Source of the DNA: Kudoa neothunni
Taxonomy: Eukaryota > Animalia > Cnidaria
DNA length: 64,000 nucleotides
Reading direction: 5' to 3'
NCBI GenBank assembly: GCA_964304625.1
Contig: OZ199840.1
Location: forward strand, 2,344,787-2,408,786
Below the pieces are notes generated by a model. The model searched no databases. It saw only the letters and a program-made list of their open reading frames with translations, and was not told the origin of the DNA. Position numbers and translations under genes: made by a program. Positions 38,846 through 53,180 of the stretch are shown piece after piece; positions within the stretch are counted from its first letter, which is position 1, and the number at the start of each line of letters is the position of its first letter.

Positions 38846-40876
38846 CAGTGTGACATCGCTCGTACGTATTGGTACGGGAACGAATATGCATTACGTACGA
38901 GCGATGTGTGAGCATGCGCAGTTGAAAGGGTACAACAATTTTTTATTTATTTCAACTTAATGTAAAATATTTTGAATGATAAAGAAACAATAAAGCTGTT
39001 AAGTAGATTATAATTTTCGATTTTTATCGTCCAGCTTTTGTACCTAGAAGAAATATTTCGAGTTAATTACGTTAGAAAATTCATTATACTTGAAAATAAT
39101 CAGATATCTTTGTTGTCTCTTTAGACTCTTCGATAATTTTATATATTTCTTTTCCTATTTCAAACATGGTTGATATTTTTAAGGAGTTATTATTTTTTAA
39201 GAAACGAAATGCTTCATGGTGTTCTATGGCCTCAGATCAGAACAAGTAACCAGCTTACATTCTATTTCTATTTCCTCATCAAAATTATTTATTAAATTTA
39301 ATTCATTTTTTGTGCTTATAGTTATTTTTTGTCGTTTATATTATTTTAAACATTCAAAATTACCATTTCTTTACAACTGATAGATTTTCCGAGTTCAATA
39401 TTTTGGAGAATTTTCGAATCGGCATTATCAGTACATTCAGATGTACTAGAGTCGCATGGAGTTTTCTCAAACACAAAAAATGATTTTTTGAGACATTTCA
39501 TTGTTGTAGTATCTTTAACATTGTCCCAAGAATCTGAAATCGTATACATTGCCTCCAGCACATCTACGGGTTTCGGCTCAGTGATACCAATATCCAACTG
39601 GTTTAGGAAACCATGAGATACAAAATTTTTGTAATAAATTTTAAAAGAATTTATGATCCCCAGATCTGAAGGCTGAATTACACTTGTAGTAGTCTTTGAG
39701 AAATAATATAAATCGATATTTTTAAGTTTTAATATAGGATGCGCTGGGCAATTGTCAAGAAAAAGAATGATTTTTTTATTTCGATAAGACATGAGATGAT
39801 CAAAGTGATTCGCATATTTTATAAATGGTTCTGAAGTCATCCAAGCATTTTTATTCGACTATTAGGGCAACGGGCATGTAGTTACACCATTAAAACATCT
39901 TGGCTTTTCATATTTTCCAATAATAAGTGGAGGAAGTTTTTCGCCAGTCATTGAACATCCAAAAAGAACAATCACCTGATTCTTTAATTGTTTGTTCCCC
40001 TAACGTTACTTTCCATTCAGGTTATATAACTATTACCTACAAATAAAATTCCAACAGATCACTTAATTAGTATAAACCATTGAATTATTGGTAAAAAAGA
40101 CCAGTCGCATCAATGTTAAAAATATTTTCAAATGACCATTTTTCAAGAATGGCGACAAGCTCTTGTTACCATTCTAAGATTATTTCAGTAGGAACACTTG
40201 CTGCTTCCACATGAAAGCTAACATATGTTAGATTAAAGTGATTTCTAAATTTTTGAAACCAACCACGATTAAGATGAGCACTGGAACGACGATTTTCCAA
40301 TGCAATTCTTCTAGTCTTTTCAATAATATTTTCCAAATTGACACAACCACCCTTTCCCCAGTTTCGAGGATCCATCGATAAATATCATTGTCTACACTAT
40401 TATAAACACCTTTATTAGAGTTTTTCTTTTGCAATTAAGCAGGCTTATGCCTCCTGACTTAAGAATTCCCCCTTCCTCATTAAAATGGCATCTAATGTTG
40501 ACATAGTATTGATATCGAATTTATCCATCATCATTCTTTTTGAACTTTGCATTTCATGAATAAACTCATAAAATTTAATAATTTCATATTTTTTATCAAA
40601 GCTTCTGTACTTTCTCTGCATGATAGACTTCATTTTATTAATGATTGCGTACGAGCGATGTGCAACTTCAATCGTTTTTTCAACTGGATAACGTAGAATC
40701 GATGCATTACGCACAGTAGATGTTTTTCATATTTACAATAGTTAAAATAATTAAAAAAAATTAATTTAGTGCATTTAAAATCTTAAAATATCACCTTTAT
40801 GTCACTAAACTAATCATAATCAAATATAAGTTAAGTACTACAAACAAGCATATTACGCACGAGCGATGCTGCACTG
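38846..40876 (-). mobile_element. Tigger/pogo TigD inserted in the MULE
   Basis: TA on both flanks; TIRs CAGTG(TGA/CAG)CATCGCTCGT(A/G)CGTA; FLDNCPAHP and QPSDLG motifs. Confidence 0.93.
40037..40077 (-). other. 41-nt GT-AG intron in TigD transposase
   Basis: GTTTAT...TTTGTAG, phase 1, at the same codon as in the other Tiggers (DATGLFYQ*FNG/NSY). Confidence 0.72.
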
Positions 40877-43379
40877 TATATACTTAAATACTGACTCTAA
40901 AAAGAATGTTTCACAATATCCTTCATAATTTTCTAATATTTACTCAATTTTTTCCATTTGAGATTGTATTTTGAATTTTTTCATGCGATTGGATTACACA
41001 AAATTTATATCCTTATCTATCAATTTCTGAGTTTCTTGTAATTTTTCAATAAAAGTATTTAACCTAGAGTAGTATTGATCGAACCTGGAGCTGAAATGTG
41101 GATGAAACAATCGCGCAGCATTCGCAGTTAAGTCCACATTGAATCTCACTCCGACAAACGCATTCCATGATGACGCCGGATATTTTTTGGGTTTTAAAAA
41201 ATTTTTCTCAAAATACTTGATAAATTCATCGATTTTGTTTTCTTTAAAATCAGACGATTTTTTTCAATTTTTCGAACTCTTCTTCAATATGGCCTATGGG
41301 TACGAATACAAGAGAAGAGAAGCATTTGAGAAATAATCGGAGATTTTGATCATCATAATAAACTTTAGCCAATCCCAGGAATTTTTCTCCAGAGACATTG
41401 CCTAAAATGAAATAGATAATAGACAATATATTTCTAATTTAGGTGTTATTTTAAAGCATTATACTGGGCGGGTTCGGGGTCCATTATTACATTTTCCGTA
41501 ACTCCAACTCTAATTTTTCCTTTAAAATGTTCAGTAATTTTTCGTAGTCTTCCTGATTTTTTGCGTCATAAAAACATAAATCAATGGAAATATTTTACCA
41601 AATATCTTTCTATGTATAATATATAGCTGCTGAAATTCCTTGGGATCTACTTTAAAGTCCCATCTACAATCTAAACAGATGAATTTTTCAAATGGCATAT
41701 GTTGGTTTTCGTTGTAAAGACAATTATTCTTGATTTTGAATCTGAGTCAGAATCAAAATGACAAAATATTTCTCCTCTGTTTGTATTTATTGATTTTTCA
41801 AGATTTTCACGAATATCAAATAATATGTTATTTCTTTTTCTCCGCGTTTGGATATTTGTTTACATTGTACTTTTTGAAATAATTGGAATATTGGATATAT
41901 TTGCTGTTGTTGAGGCAATAGAAAAACCTAATTGGTTGGATACTGAGTTGTCTCTGCCAATAATTTAATTTTTCTCATAAATTTAACTTTTTTATTTCCT
42001 CCTCTGAAACTATATGGTCGAGAGGGCAGTTGATTTCAATGCTTGTGATTTGATCTATAGGGAATGTAATAAGTCTACCCTTGTATTTTCTGGTCTCGCA
42101 TCTCCAATATTGTCGAAAATTATCAATTCTATCTTTAATATTGAAGAGGCCTTTGTACAGAATTTTATCTTTATTACGTTTGGGTTTTAAACATAATATA
42201 TTTTAAATTTAAACAATCGACTACACGCATTGTAAAATTCTACATGTGCGCGCGCATTCGTTCGGCGAGTATTCGCCGTGCCCATTCATGAAATTTTTTA
42301 AAAATCGCGATGTTTCAAAAATCTGTAAGTCGTTTTTACAGTTTAAAATTTCCCTAAAAATGTTTAGAAAATTGTGATTTTGTCGATTCAACGTTTGGTT
42401 ATCGGACTACATGAGTTCAACAATAAGATTAACACCTGTTTATGTCATGGTAATGGTCGGTCGAAGTTAACTTCCCCCATATATGTTCTATCAAATGTTG
42501 ATTAACTGCTGTTATCTGACTTAGTATATACATTTGGTGTGTAAATTTAGACGTTTGTGCGGATACACTCTCTATGGCGGGAGTTATAATGTATTTGACT
42601 TGATGAACACATCTTGAAGGTTTTATTAATGGTTTTAGATATGATAAAAAATCTAAATATGTTTCATGAATAATGAATTGAGGGAGAACGTTAAAATTAC
42701 ATAGATTTAAACATTATAAATTATAATGGAAATATTGCGTCCGTAGATTTCATTGAAATCGTCAGCTAAGTTTAACTTTCCGTGATTAAATTCAATGCAG
42801 ATGGTGGTACTTTTATTTCGCCTGATTATTTAAATTGATTATGTTGATATTTACGCGATTTATGGCTGTTTATGGGAAAAATGCATTAAGCTCGTGCTGG
42901 GCCAAGGAATATTAATTTGAGTGATAAAAATTTATTTTCGTTTACTTTCTTCTATCCCTAGATCTTTTTCTATTTATTTGTCTCCCGTAAACAGTGGTGT
43001 ACAAAGTTTCTGAGCTGGGCCCAAAAATGACGTATTAGATTGCATTTTAAGAGACCTTCAATGATTTGGAAACCAAAATAAATGACACCGACTTTGAATT
43101 ATTTAGCGTTTGTGCCGGGACAAGAAATTGTTAATTAAAACCCGGAGTTGATACATTCATTCACAGAAATGATCATAATTAAAATTTCAACATGAAAATC
43201 GACGATGACGCTTAAAATATTTAGTTAGGCTGCCTGTAGAAGTCAATTTGAAACATAATATTTTTTTGAATGTTATTAATAAATGTCTCTATGCGAAATC
43301 TTCCACAAGAAACGCTGGGAAGTTCCCGCTAGTTCATAATAAAAATAACTTAAACTTTTAAGATTTCAAAATATCAAAA

Positions 43380-46300
43380 AATTAATAGAATGTCGCTAAG
43401 GGAATAGAGAACCGATCGCATGCGATTTCTCAATAAAAATTTTCAATTTCAAATTTTACCAAACATTAATAATTTAAATTGTTATTTTTTACGAAAAATT
43501 TGTGAGCATTCGATGTGCAATGACGTAGCACAGTTTCCACAATATCTAATGGTGGTCTTTCCACAAATGGCACATCATCTCTTATTTTCAGCGTTTCGTG
43601 TGAGTATAGGATATTCACAGACTATTCAATTAGGTTTTACCAAATCACAACTTTCTTATGGAGTTCGTGTGGATTGACTTGAAGTTAAGGGATGAGTCAT
43701 TAGATTCCTAATATGAGTAAGAAGAGTTGTTTTTGTTTCTTATCCAAGATTTAGTAGTTTCCATGAATTACAAACAGCAAGAGAAATCACGCTGGAAAAA
43801 AGAGACCAATACCACTTCTTGCCGCGAATGTTAATTCGATAACAAGCAACTGCGTTATCTGTAAAATGAACGCCATCCATGAATTTGATATATACATAAC
43901 AGACATAAAGTTGATCTACATGTAGATATATTTCCTTGAACCTACAGTAGCGTATAGCACAACAAAATGGATCAACGCCACAAAAATTGTTGATTAAAGT
44001 AGGTAGTGGCTATTCTTTCGGTGACGAATATCTCCTAGAATTATAAAGATATTACAAAACTGATTTCACCAATGTTTAAAGCAATTTTTTATTTCCTCAA
44101 AAATAAATTTTTGTCAAGTTAACTTTTCATTAAAAATTAGTGATGGATTTGAGCGCTCAATTATAGTATACATTTGTAATTCACTTAAATATAAACTTTT
44201 TTTATAACGATTGGGCATGTATGAGGTTTTATTTTTGAGTGAAAGCTTTATTAATGTAAAATCGATACCTCTTATGCATCCAAGATGCGCACGATCCTTC
44301 ATTCATATAACCACCGTCGCAGTTTGATCAACTCATAGAATTTGTAATTTGAATTCCAAATTTATTAGATATATAGTACGATTAATTTTTCATTAATTTT
44401 AATAATGTGCATAAATGACTATCTTATCTTAGAATGCGTAACGTCTAATACGCAATAAATAAATAACATTTTCAAAATGTTCAGTGGTTACTCTGGTGGA
44501 GTAATTAATATGTTATCAAATTAGGCTATTTTTAGAGGAATTTCTCAAAGCTCTATTTTTTTAGCTTTTTTAGGAGCCCAATGGCTGTCGTTCTATTTCC
44601 TTTGGGTCTTCCTATAGATTTGACTTTTGATGGAAGATTAAGTCTAAAAATACAAATCGTAATACTCGAGCAAAAATTTCTTCGACAGTGTACCTATCGA
44701 GTTTTCTGCTGTTGGCACAAGGGCATAAATTTGACTGGACTTAGATTTTTGCGTTTCGGATGTCAAAGGTCGATCTAAGTTAGTGTTATTGCAGGTCTTA
44801 AAACAGTTAAAAATATAATGTTTAATGTTATTTTCCCCTCCCAACTACCATTATTGGTTACAGAATGTTTAAATTATATTACTTGTAGAAGCATCCTCGT
44901 CTTCAGAGTAACGTTACGTATCATTACCCAAATTATTATTCTTAGACCCACCTTTCATTAAAGTATACTTCAAAATTTTTACAACAATAAAACTAAGAGA
45001 CTTACATTAGTAGCTTTAATGAGGTTTTCTTTGTCATGATTTTTTATGACAACTTCGAGACTTTTGATAGCCTCTAGGCAGAGACTATCAAAATTCCCAC
45101 AGTATTCTGCTGAAGTTGACGCCAACTTTTTTGAAAAGGTGCATGCTAACTTTAGCCTTTTTGAAGAAGTTTCAATAGGATCTTTTTTTAACTTCATGAT
45201 TTCTCCAACAGCGTTGAAATTATCGCAACCGTTGTTAACGTATTTTATCAAATCATATGCATGATATCGTGACCATCTGGAATCACATAGTGTTTCACTC
45301 AACATATCTATCATATTAAGTGTCCTTTGTTGGAGAATATGCTCGCAAGACAGTTTATAAGATCGTTGATTCAAACAATTACGACGCTCGATATCTTCTC
45401 CATCTTTCTCGGGGGTAGTTGTTATTTTACTTAATTTCTCTGATACTATGCAAAATGCATAAGGCATTTAATAATTGAAATATTTCTTATGGGCTTCACT
45501 AGTAATTCTAGAGTTGGAAAATTTTATTAATTCTGAAACAATTCTATTCTTTCATTCGATCCTATTGGATGTCAAATAGTTGAAGAAATTACTGAAGAAA
45601 TCTTCCAGAGTTGAAAATTGGTTCTTGACACTTTAATTTCGCATTAATATCCTCTAATCTATTGTTCGTTGAATTATTATGGAAGCTTTCGGTCTTACTT
45701 AACCCAATACACCATTCTTTACAAATTGGTTTCCAATTTTTATTGGAATATTGACTAAGCTTATCGATTCCATATCCATATAATTCATTGGTGAGCTTGC
45801 AAAAACTCTCTTCAGAATCGCTATATATCATTTTAATAAGAATAGACAAAATAGAATTCGTTTTTTCGGAAGTAACTCAGTATTTCCCAACTAAAAATTC
45901 TCTTCAAAAAGCATGGAGAACATGAAACTTGCAAATTATTAAAGAAGCAGATGGAAAAATCTCCTTAAGGCATCTTCGCACGTTATTATCTTTGTCTGTG
46001 TCAATTGATGAGATTCTTGATGTTAACCAAGGCGCAACATCGATTATCTCATTTAATAACCATTTTACTGCTTGCTCTTTCTCTTCATAAAGAATGCAAC
46101 CACATGTTATATGTGTTTGAACACATGAATCTTGCGCTGCAGTTAAGTAAAAGGATGCTCTAAAAATATATATTTGAACTATGAAGAGAATAATGTTACC
46201 TTTAATCAAGTAGTTTGTAGGTTGCTTCCATGAACATTATTTCTGGATAATATTCAAACACCCTTCTCATTTGTTCGTCCACGAAAAAAATTCCAGTTAC

Positions 46301-49190
46301 CATATTTTGGGAAGATAGAATTCTTACTTTGCAGTTGTAATTTTTGGTTGTAACAAATTTACAACCGAATCGGCATCTTGTAGCTTGTTCGACATAAGTT
46401 TTTTAACATTGTGAAGAGATTTCCAAGACACATTTTTTCCAGTTTCTTGATTTATTTTGGATTGAATTAATTTTTTGTTTGCACCCAGTGATATCAATTC
46501 GGCAACATATGTGTCCGAAAGATCTATGTTCCGTTGGTTTGGTAATTCGAATAGAGGGCAGCATCAACTGTATGATTATGAACTAAATTCATAGATCTTA
46601 CTTCTAGGTAATTTCCATCTCCACTTGCTCTCAATGTAATGCTGAGTGGACATTAGGTTTTCATCGATGATTTGTTCCATGCTCCTTTGCCAACATATTT
46701 GTAGCTCAAACCAAATAAAAACAAACAACGAATTTCATAATATATTAGTTGAGCATTGAAATGTCGATTCAATCTACGTTGAGCGTTAAGAATCTTTCTT
46801 GAGTCGCGTATTTTTAGATTGCAGAAATTTTCTTTTTCGTATTCTCTTATTTTGGTTTATAAACTTTCAAACGAATGAAATCTCATCCCAACAAAAAAAG
46901 GAGCGCCGTTTGTTTCCACTATGTTGAATTGCGCGTGCGGGAAAACTTATCCTTATGTTTATTCTTTGTATAAAATATTTTAATTTGGCGAGTTATTCGT
47001 TGTAGTTTAATCAATATATCCTAGAAAAACAATTTAAATAGAAACCCCAAAACTTGATGCTTTCAAATAGGGAAGCATAAAAAAGTTATAACAATTGAGA
47101 CTTTGATGATAAAACTGTTGCTTGTTTACCCAATATATAATTAAAACTAGGACCAATCAGAGTTTAAGGTAGCTTTAATATTTCACACTAAATTTATTAA
47201 GAAAAACTTCATATAAGTATTTAACGATCAATTTTTGCAAGGATCCTGTAATATCTACAACTTGGCTCAATTCGACACAGACAGTACGCTGAACGCAAAA
47301 GGCACGTGGTGCGGTTGTGGAATCGTGTAAACTAGTTTCACTACAGTATAAAGCATTTTCAATAGATAAAAATATTCGTATGGCTATTAATTCAATTTAT
47401 AAAAGCATTATTAGATAAATTACAAATGTATACTATCATTGGGCGCCCAAATCATCACTAATTTTTAATGAAAAGTTAACTTGACAAAAATTTATTTTTG
47501 AGGAAATAAAAAATCGCGTTAAACGTTGGTGAAATTAGTTTTGTAATATCTTAATCATTTTAGGAGATATTCGTTACGGTAAGAATAGCCGGTGCCATTA
47601 AAGTAACTGGTTTGGTGTCATTCCACTGGGTAATTAAAATGTTGTTATTTTTGTTCATAAAGCATTCGCGGGTCCCTTGGTATGTTTTCCCTACAATATT
47701 ACGTGGGGTAAGGGGGCAATTTCCGATTCGATTTGGTCTCACTGTACCAGTGGCTTTTTATCCCATCTTTCACTAATTCAGCCATCAGTTTATATGACGG
47801 GAAAATATTATCCAAAAACAGTTAGATGTCTGGTTTTTTTTCTATGTGTTTCCAACAATTTCTGACAACGCTACCATCGAGACCAATTATAATGTCATAT
47901 GTTGTTGACTTGCCCATGTAAACAACAAAACTGTAAACATATCCACACGAAGACGACATCACCCAGTTTTTGAATCCGAAACTTATCGGCTTGCCCTTCA
48001 TAAACATTTTGCAGGAATGATGTCCTCCATATGGAATCATCTGCTCATCAATAGATAAATACTTATGAAAAATTCCGAATTTTTTGAAATTTTCGTTTAA
48101 CTAATTGATTACCGGTCTTATTTTAAAGAGCTTATCATCATGGTTCACCTTTTTGTAGTCATTAAAGTGAAGGAACTTTTTTATTTCCTTAAATCTTTTT
48201 ATTGACGTGCTTTTTTTCACAATCTCCACACCATATTCATAAGTAGATTCCCAGTAAATGTGATGTTGAGGAAATTTATTATATCCTGATAATAAAAGAA
48301 TACCAATAAACGTTTTTAATTCTTTTTAACCAATATGGAAATTATGATCATTTTTTGTCGGGAATAGAGATTTAATTTGTCTCACAATGTGACTCAATAA
48401 TTTCTCATCAAATATACGATTAAATGTTTCAAGAGAATCTAATTCGTTTCCGATTAAAGGATTTTGGGTATATGATTTTTCGGCTAAAATCTCAGCATTA
48501 TTTTTTTATTTTATTTTCGTTGTCATTAATTGTTGGCGAAAAATTTTGCCACACGTTAGATACATTGACATTATCATTTCCTTCATATATTGATGAAAAA
48601 CTCCTACAGATCTGTATATTTCAGGTATATCATCAATACCGACGTTTTCAGAGTTTGCTGTTATAGTATTGTCCTCTTGGTCGGTCAACTCATCGACATG
48701 ATCTGGAGGCAGTGCAACAATATCTATTGGGGAATATTTACCTACATCGTTTTCTAGTTCATTAATAGCGTCAAACTAATTCTGAAAATTCATTTTTTCG
48801 AGAAAGTAAAAACAAGCGTGGCGGTTAAGTATAAGACCATAAGCACATGTCCAGTTTTCTGTTCCCATTACGGCTCTTAGTTGTGTGTCTTATTAATGAT
48901 TACTTTCATATTTTAACATAAATTTAAAGTTTTTTAAAAGAAATAATTTATTTAAAATCTAAATAAAACATTTTTTAAAAATTATAATAATTCTTTGGCC
49001 GGTGTTATTGTATTACTGTATGCTTCAATATAAACAAAGATACAATTTTAAAACATTTTTTTTTATATATTAAAAAATTTTCATTTTTATTAGCAATCAA
49101 ATTATTAGATTTAATCGTAATAAAAACCTTAGTTGCTTACGTAATACTAAAATGTTCTCTGTCTTAAATGGCACAGAGAACCAAAATGAG
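43380..49190 (-). mobile_element. piggyBac pB8 (PGBD2/PGBD3-like) split by MULE2
   Basis: 5' end CTCATT with TTAA at 49191-94; SIDEQMIPYGGHHSCKMFMKGKP; frame rejoins as NDTKPVTLINNFCGVDP; YRINIRGKKWYWSLF and CAICG..YCGNC..LH tail at 43490-43900; 3' terminus approximate. Confidence 0.85.
44002..47596 (-). mobile_element. Mutator-like element MULE2 (SWIM-type, related to MULE1)
   Basis: 9-bp TSD ATTAAAGTA (43993-44001, 47597-47605); ~185-bp TIRs; ATYKL, TDKD, ICKFHV, TNNRLE and GRPKG motifs; micro-introns at 46160-46199, 44968-45005 and 44644-44693. Confidence 0.93.
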
Positions 49191-49329
49191 TTAATATTTG
49201 ATGACTGATTTTAATAGTATACATAATCGCCTCTTCAAATCTTTGACATTAGTATTAATATTGGAGGTCAGTATTTTCTCTGGAATGAAAATATTTTAGC
49301 TTGATGTTTGTAACACTCTCACGTAAACT

Positions 49330-52300
49330 AATGAAACTGTTGTGTAACCCCTAGTTGATGAGATAGTTTTTCTGATAGCAAAGAAGAGCATGATCAAGGA
49401 TTTCGTCCTAATCTTTTGTCTCTTGTTCATAAAGGACAGATTTGAATTTTGTTTTCAAATAGCGAACTTTTCTCCTCGTCATTCCATTCCTTTCTGGATG
49501 ATAAGATGTTGAATGACTGGGGTTTATTCGTAGTGATTTACATAGATCATTGAATAAGCGAGATTCGAACTGACTACATTGATCCTTATAGATGCGTCGA
49601 GGAACTCCATGATGTGATATAATTAGACTCATTAAAGCATCCTTAGTTGATTTGGAGTCGACAACATGACGTGGTAACAATTCAACCAATTTGCTGAATT
49701 GATCAACAACCAGAAGATTATATCTATTCAACAACTTAATTCGTTCCAGGGGACCAATGAAGATAACATGCCATATGAATGCTCGAGATGTAACAAGTAA
49801 AGGCAATGAGAGCGTTTTAGGCTTAAAGATTCCCCTTTGATTTTATTGCAAGATTCGCATTTAAACACAAAGTTTGCTACATCAGCGACCAAATTGGTCC
49901 AATAACATGTTTTTCGAATTTTGTTAAGTGTTTTACACACCGTAATGCACCGTGTCCTGTTGGAGACAATTGATCAAATGACCTTGAAGTTTCTAGGGAA
50001 TTATTGGGAGGTTACCGTTTCTAGATTTGTGATAAAGTATTTCTTTGTCAATCGTAAGATTTTTTTTCTTTGCCATACATGCCACGTAGGCTTACTTTCT
50101 AATTTCCGGACATTTCCATTTTCTAAACTTCTTTAACTTGGACAATTATGAGATCGATTTCTTGTTCAGACGCCAGTGTACTAATATCAACATTAGGTGT
50201 TATCATAGCAATACATCGACAGAGGGGGACATCAACACATTGGATGCCTTCCCCTGATTATATCTCATTTCAAAATCGAACTCCGACAATTCCACAATCC
50301 AATAAGTTCTACGACCGCGAGGATCTTTAAAATTTTTTGAATATACACAAGTGGTTTGTGGTCTGTATAGACGATAAAACGACGACCGAGTAAATAAGGT
50401 CTGAACTTACTTGTGATATGGATAATTGCCAATGCATCCTATTTATAGCTGAATACTTTTGTTCGGTTTTGTTTAATTTGTGATTGGTATAAGCAACAAT
50501 GCATCATTGTGTTTCTTAAAAGAGGACCGCTCCTATGGTCAAGTTGGAAGCATCAGTTTCAATTGAAAAGGTTTTTGAAAGGTTAGGAAAAGAAAGTCCA
50601 TACGATTATTTAATTATTCCTTTGATCTTTAAGAAGTGGTTTTGACATTATTAATTCCAACCGAAAGGATGTAATCGTACTAACAATTGTGTTATCGGAG
50701 AGGAAATATCAGCCAAAACTTCAAGATGTATATATAAAAGTTTACAATGCCCCAAAAAATTTCTGAGATTGTCTTTGTTAGATGGGGTTTTCCATTTCTA
50801 AAGAGAGTTAATTTTCATGAAACTCATTTGACGCCATTTTTAGAAATATTTAAGCCAAGATAATTAAGGTCATTTTGGAAAAACTTATTTTTTGAAAGAT
50901 TAGCTCGGAAAATTTTTTGTAGCAATATCCATAGGATGGTTTTAACATTTTTGGTATGATCGGTTATTTTTCAAGAGAAAATTATTATTTCATCGAGGTA
51001 TGCCTTGTCATTGGATACATTTTTCAGTATAGCGCATCCACTCCTCTTTGGAGTGCTGCTGGAGTATTCGACTAGCCAAATGGCATCTTGATAAATTTAA
51101 ATAGACAAAGACCATTCCCGGGAGAAAACGCAGTTTTAAGAATGTCTCCTTCCGTGACGGGTATCTACCAATACCCACAATTGAAGGTCAAGTGTGGTGA
51201 AGGAAGTTGAGCCGGAGAGCACATCTAATGTATCTTCCAGTCTGTGGAGTGGATATTCATCTCGCCGAGTAATATTGTTGAGTTGGCGATAATCCACGCA
51301 TATTCTAATTTTCCATCTTTTATAGTAACTAATGCCACAAAAGAGCATAAGGGACTATTTGATGGGCGGATTATATTATTGCGGAGGGCTTTCTTTACCT
51401 GCTCGGTGATTTTATCTTTATAATGTAAAGGTAGTCTGCAGGGCTTGGTTACGCCAGGACTTTAATCGTCAATATCGTTGGTATGATAAATGGATTTTGC
51501 AGTACATAGATAATTGACGCTAGTTGCAAGGACGGTTCGAATTCATTTAAAACATCTTTTACCAACTTTTTTAGACTAGTCTTGGCATTGTTAACCGAAA
51601 TATTCACATTATCGTTTGTTGCATCGGTAGGCCCGTCATGGAATACAGTTGCACCAGTAGACTTAAGAAAATCGTGAACAATAATAGCGGCAAAAACCAG
51701 GATTGATGTAACAAGGGTGTTAAAGGCGAAAATTTGTTACCCCATTGTACGTTTGTCGAGGCCGAAGATAGACTTTATAGGAGTTCCTGAAGCAGTTTAA
51801 AAATTCAAATGTGCTGGTTGAAAACGGCAATTTTTGGGTTTAAACGAAGACTATAATTGTGTGGGCAGAACCGGTGTCGATGACAGTTCGAACGTCTTTG
51901 AGGAATAAGGAAATGAAATGAAATTAATCCAAGGTTACATCGGGACATCTGTGCCTTTTGTTTTAAGATAAATAAGATCTAGTGTTTTAGGGGGAACCGC
52001 TTTGAACCTCCAGTTCTCCCTCTTAAGTTTCCCAAATAACTTCACATACTCTTCTAAGGTGACTCTTCTTCCCACAGTATAAACAAGTTGCGTCGCGTCT
52101 ACAAAACATTATTTTGTGACTGAAGAACACGTCGTGAACATTCGTTCGTTCTAACTTTATGAGCTTTGTCGTTTGTTGAAAATCATATTTTTGACGAATA
52201 GAAAAGACATTAGGTGTTTCGGTTTCATTCTCAATAAATTATCTCAAGATCAACTTGCAACCAGCACATGCGATTAGGTGAGATGTCAGATCCATCTTCA

Positions 52301-52330
52301 ATTGAATCAGATCAAAATGTATCAACTCAT
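49330..52330 (-). mobile_element. Ty3/Gypsy internal region (gag-PR-RT-RH-IN), decayed; LTRs not identified
   Basis: CLYCGKKSHLRRVC zinc knuckle (~52040-52090); VIDTGS protease; RICVDYRQLN and AYLDE in RT; ETDAS and YTDHKPL in RNase H; HHCC and integrase core after RNase H, i.e. Gypsy domain order. Confidence 0.92.
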
Positions 52331-52434
52331 GATGATAGTAACTCTAAAAGAGTGTATACCAATCGTGATATTTCTATTTGATCTGCCGTTCTAGATTTTT
52401 CTATGTATGTTGTTGTTATTGCTAAAATCATTTA

Positions 52435-52802
52435 CCGCTTTGAGGACGACAACCTTTCGGTCCTCCAGTTAAGTTTAACCATGGGCTCCTGGAACCCATG
52501 GGATTAAAATTGATCATATGGCAAATTAATAATAAATCTGACATCAAGCATTGAATAGCTCAAATATGCAATAAAAACAAAAAACTTTGAATAAGAGAAA
52601 TTTTTTATTTTGATATAAAATCACATTTAATTCATGCGGCGTATTCTACGGAGGGTGTCAATACAAACATTATTTTCACACGCATGGTAGTATTGTTTAC
52701 TTCTTCTGATGACCCCAGTTGGAAAGATGGAACAGCGCATTCCTATATTTTGTTCAATTTATTCCTATGAAAGAATTTTAGCTTGGTCAAAATTATAGCC
52801 AT
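52435..52802 (-). mobile_element. 3' end fragment of a pB5-family piggyBac
   Basis: Reverse-complement homology to ~25575-25936, including the CTTTGAGGAC terminus. Confidence 0.85.
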
Positions 52803-53180
52803 CTACAGTAGTACAGGTTTATTGCGTAACGGGAGTACTGCACACTTTATAATATTATGGCAATGTTTCCTAATAAAATTATAGAATATTGTTATTTATA
52901 GTAATAAGCACGTAAAAATGTTTAATCAAGAAAACTTATTTTTGAAAATATGGCACAGAGTCAGAGATAATTTGGCTGCATGCTTATCGCGCACCAAAAA
53001 TCCCCTAATTAGATCAAACGACATGGTTAGTATGCAATTAAGAAATCTGAGAAATTATCCATAAATAGATGACAAAGTTTAAATAATAAATTACTATGAT
53101 AATATAAAAAAATTCAGTGGCTCAAAAGCTAAAACCTAAAACCGTTGAGAAATTTGAATTAAAATCAAAATGTTCCTCAA

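Larger units (their letters stand above)
38747..42277 (-). mobile_element. Mutator-like element (DGTF/QLY-type MULE), decayed
   Basis: 19-bp TIRs GGCGA(CA/AT)ACTCGCCGAACG; by-eye translation gives VDGTF..PKEFQQLYIIH (~41610-41670) and FHFRQCLWRKI..LGL (~41370-41415); no TSD found. Confidence 0.8.
38568..43332 (+). mobile_element. Non-autonomous Helitron (second family) carrying a nested MULE and Tigger
   Basis: A|TCTAC(TA)n start; degenerate hairpin TTCCACAAGAAACGCTGGGAA then CTAG|T at 43329-33; short subterminal inverted repeat CG(T/C)ATAGAGACA at ~38654 and ~43284. Confidence 0.65.

Noticed and set aside
49200-52430. Paired LTRs for the Gypsy remnants
   Set aside because: No direct-repeat pair could be found by eye; the 5' side is cut by a piggyBac fragment.
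52803-52845. TA|CAGTAGTACAGG as another Tc1/pogo terminus
   Set aside because: No partner TIR or transposase was found.
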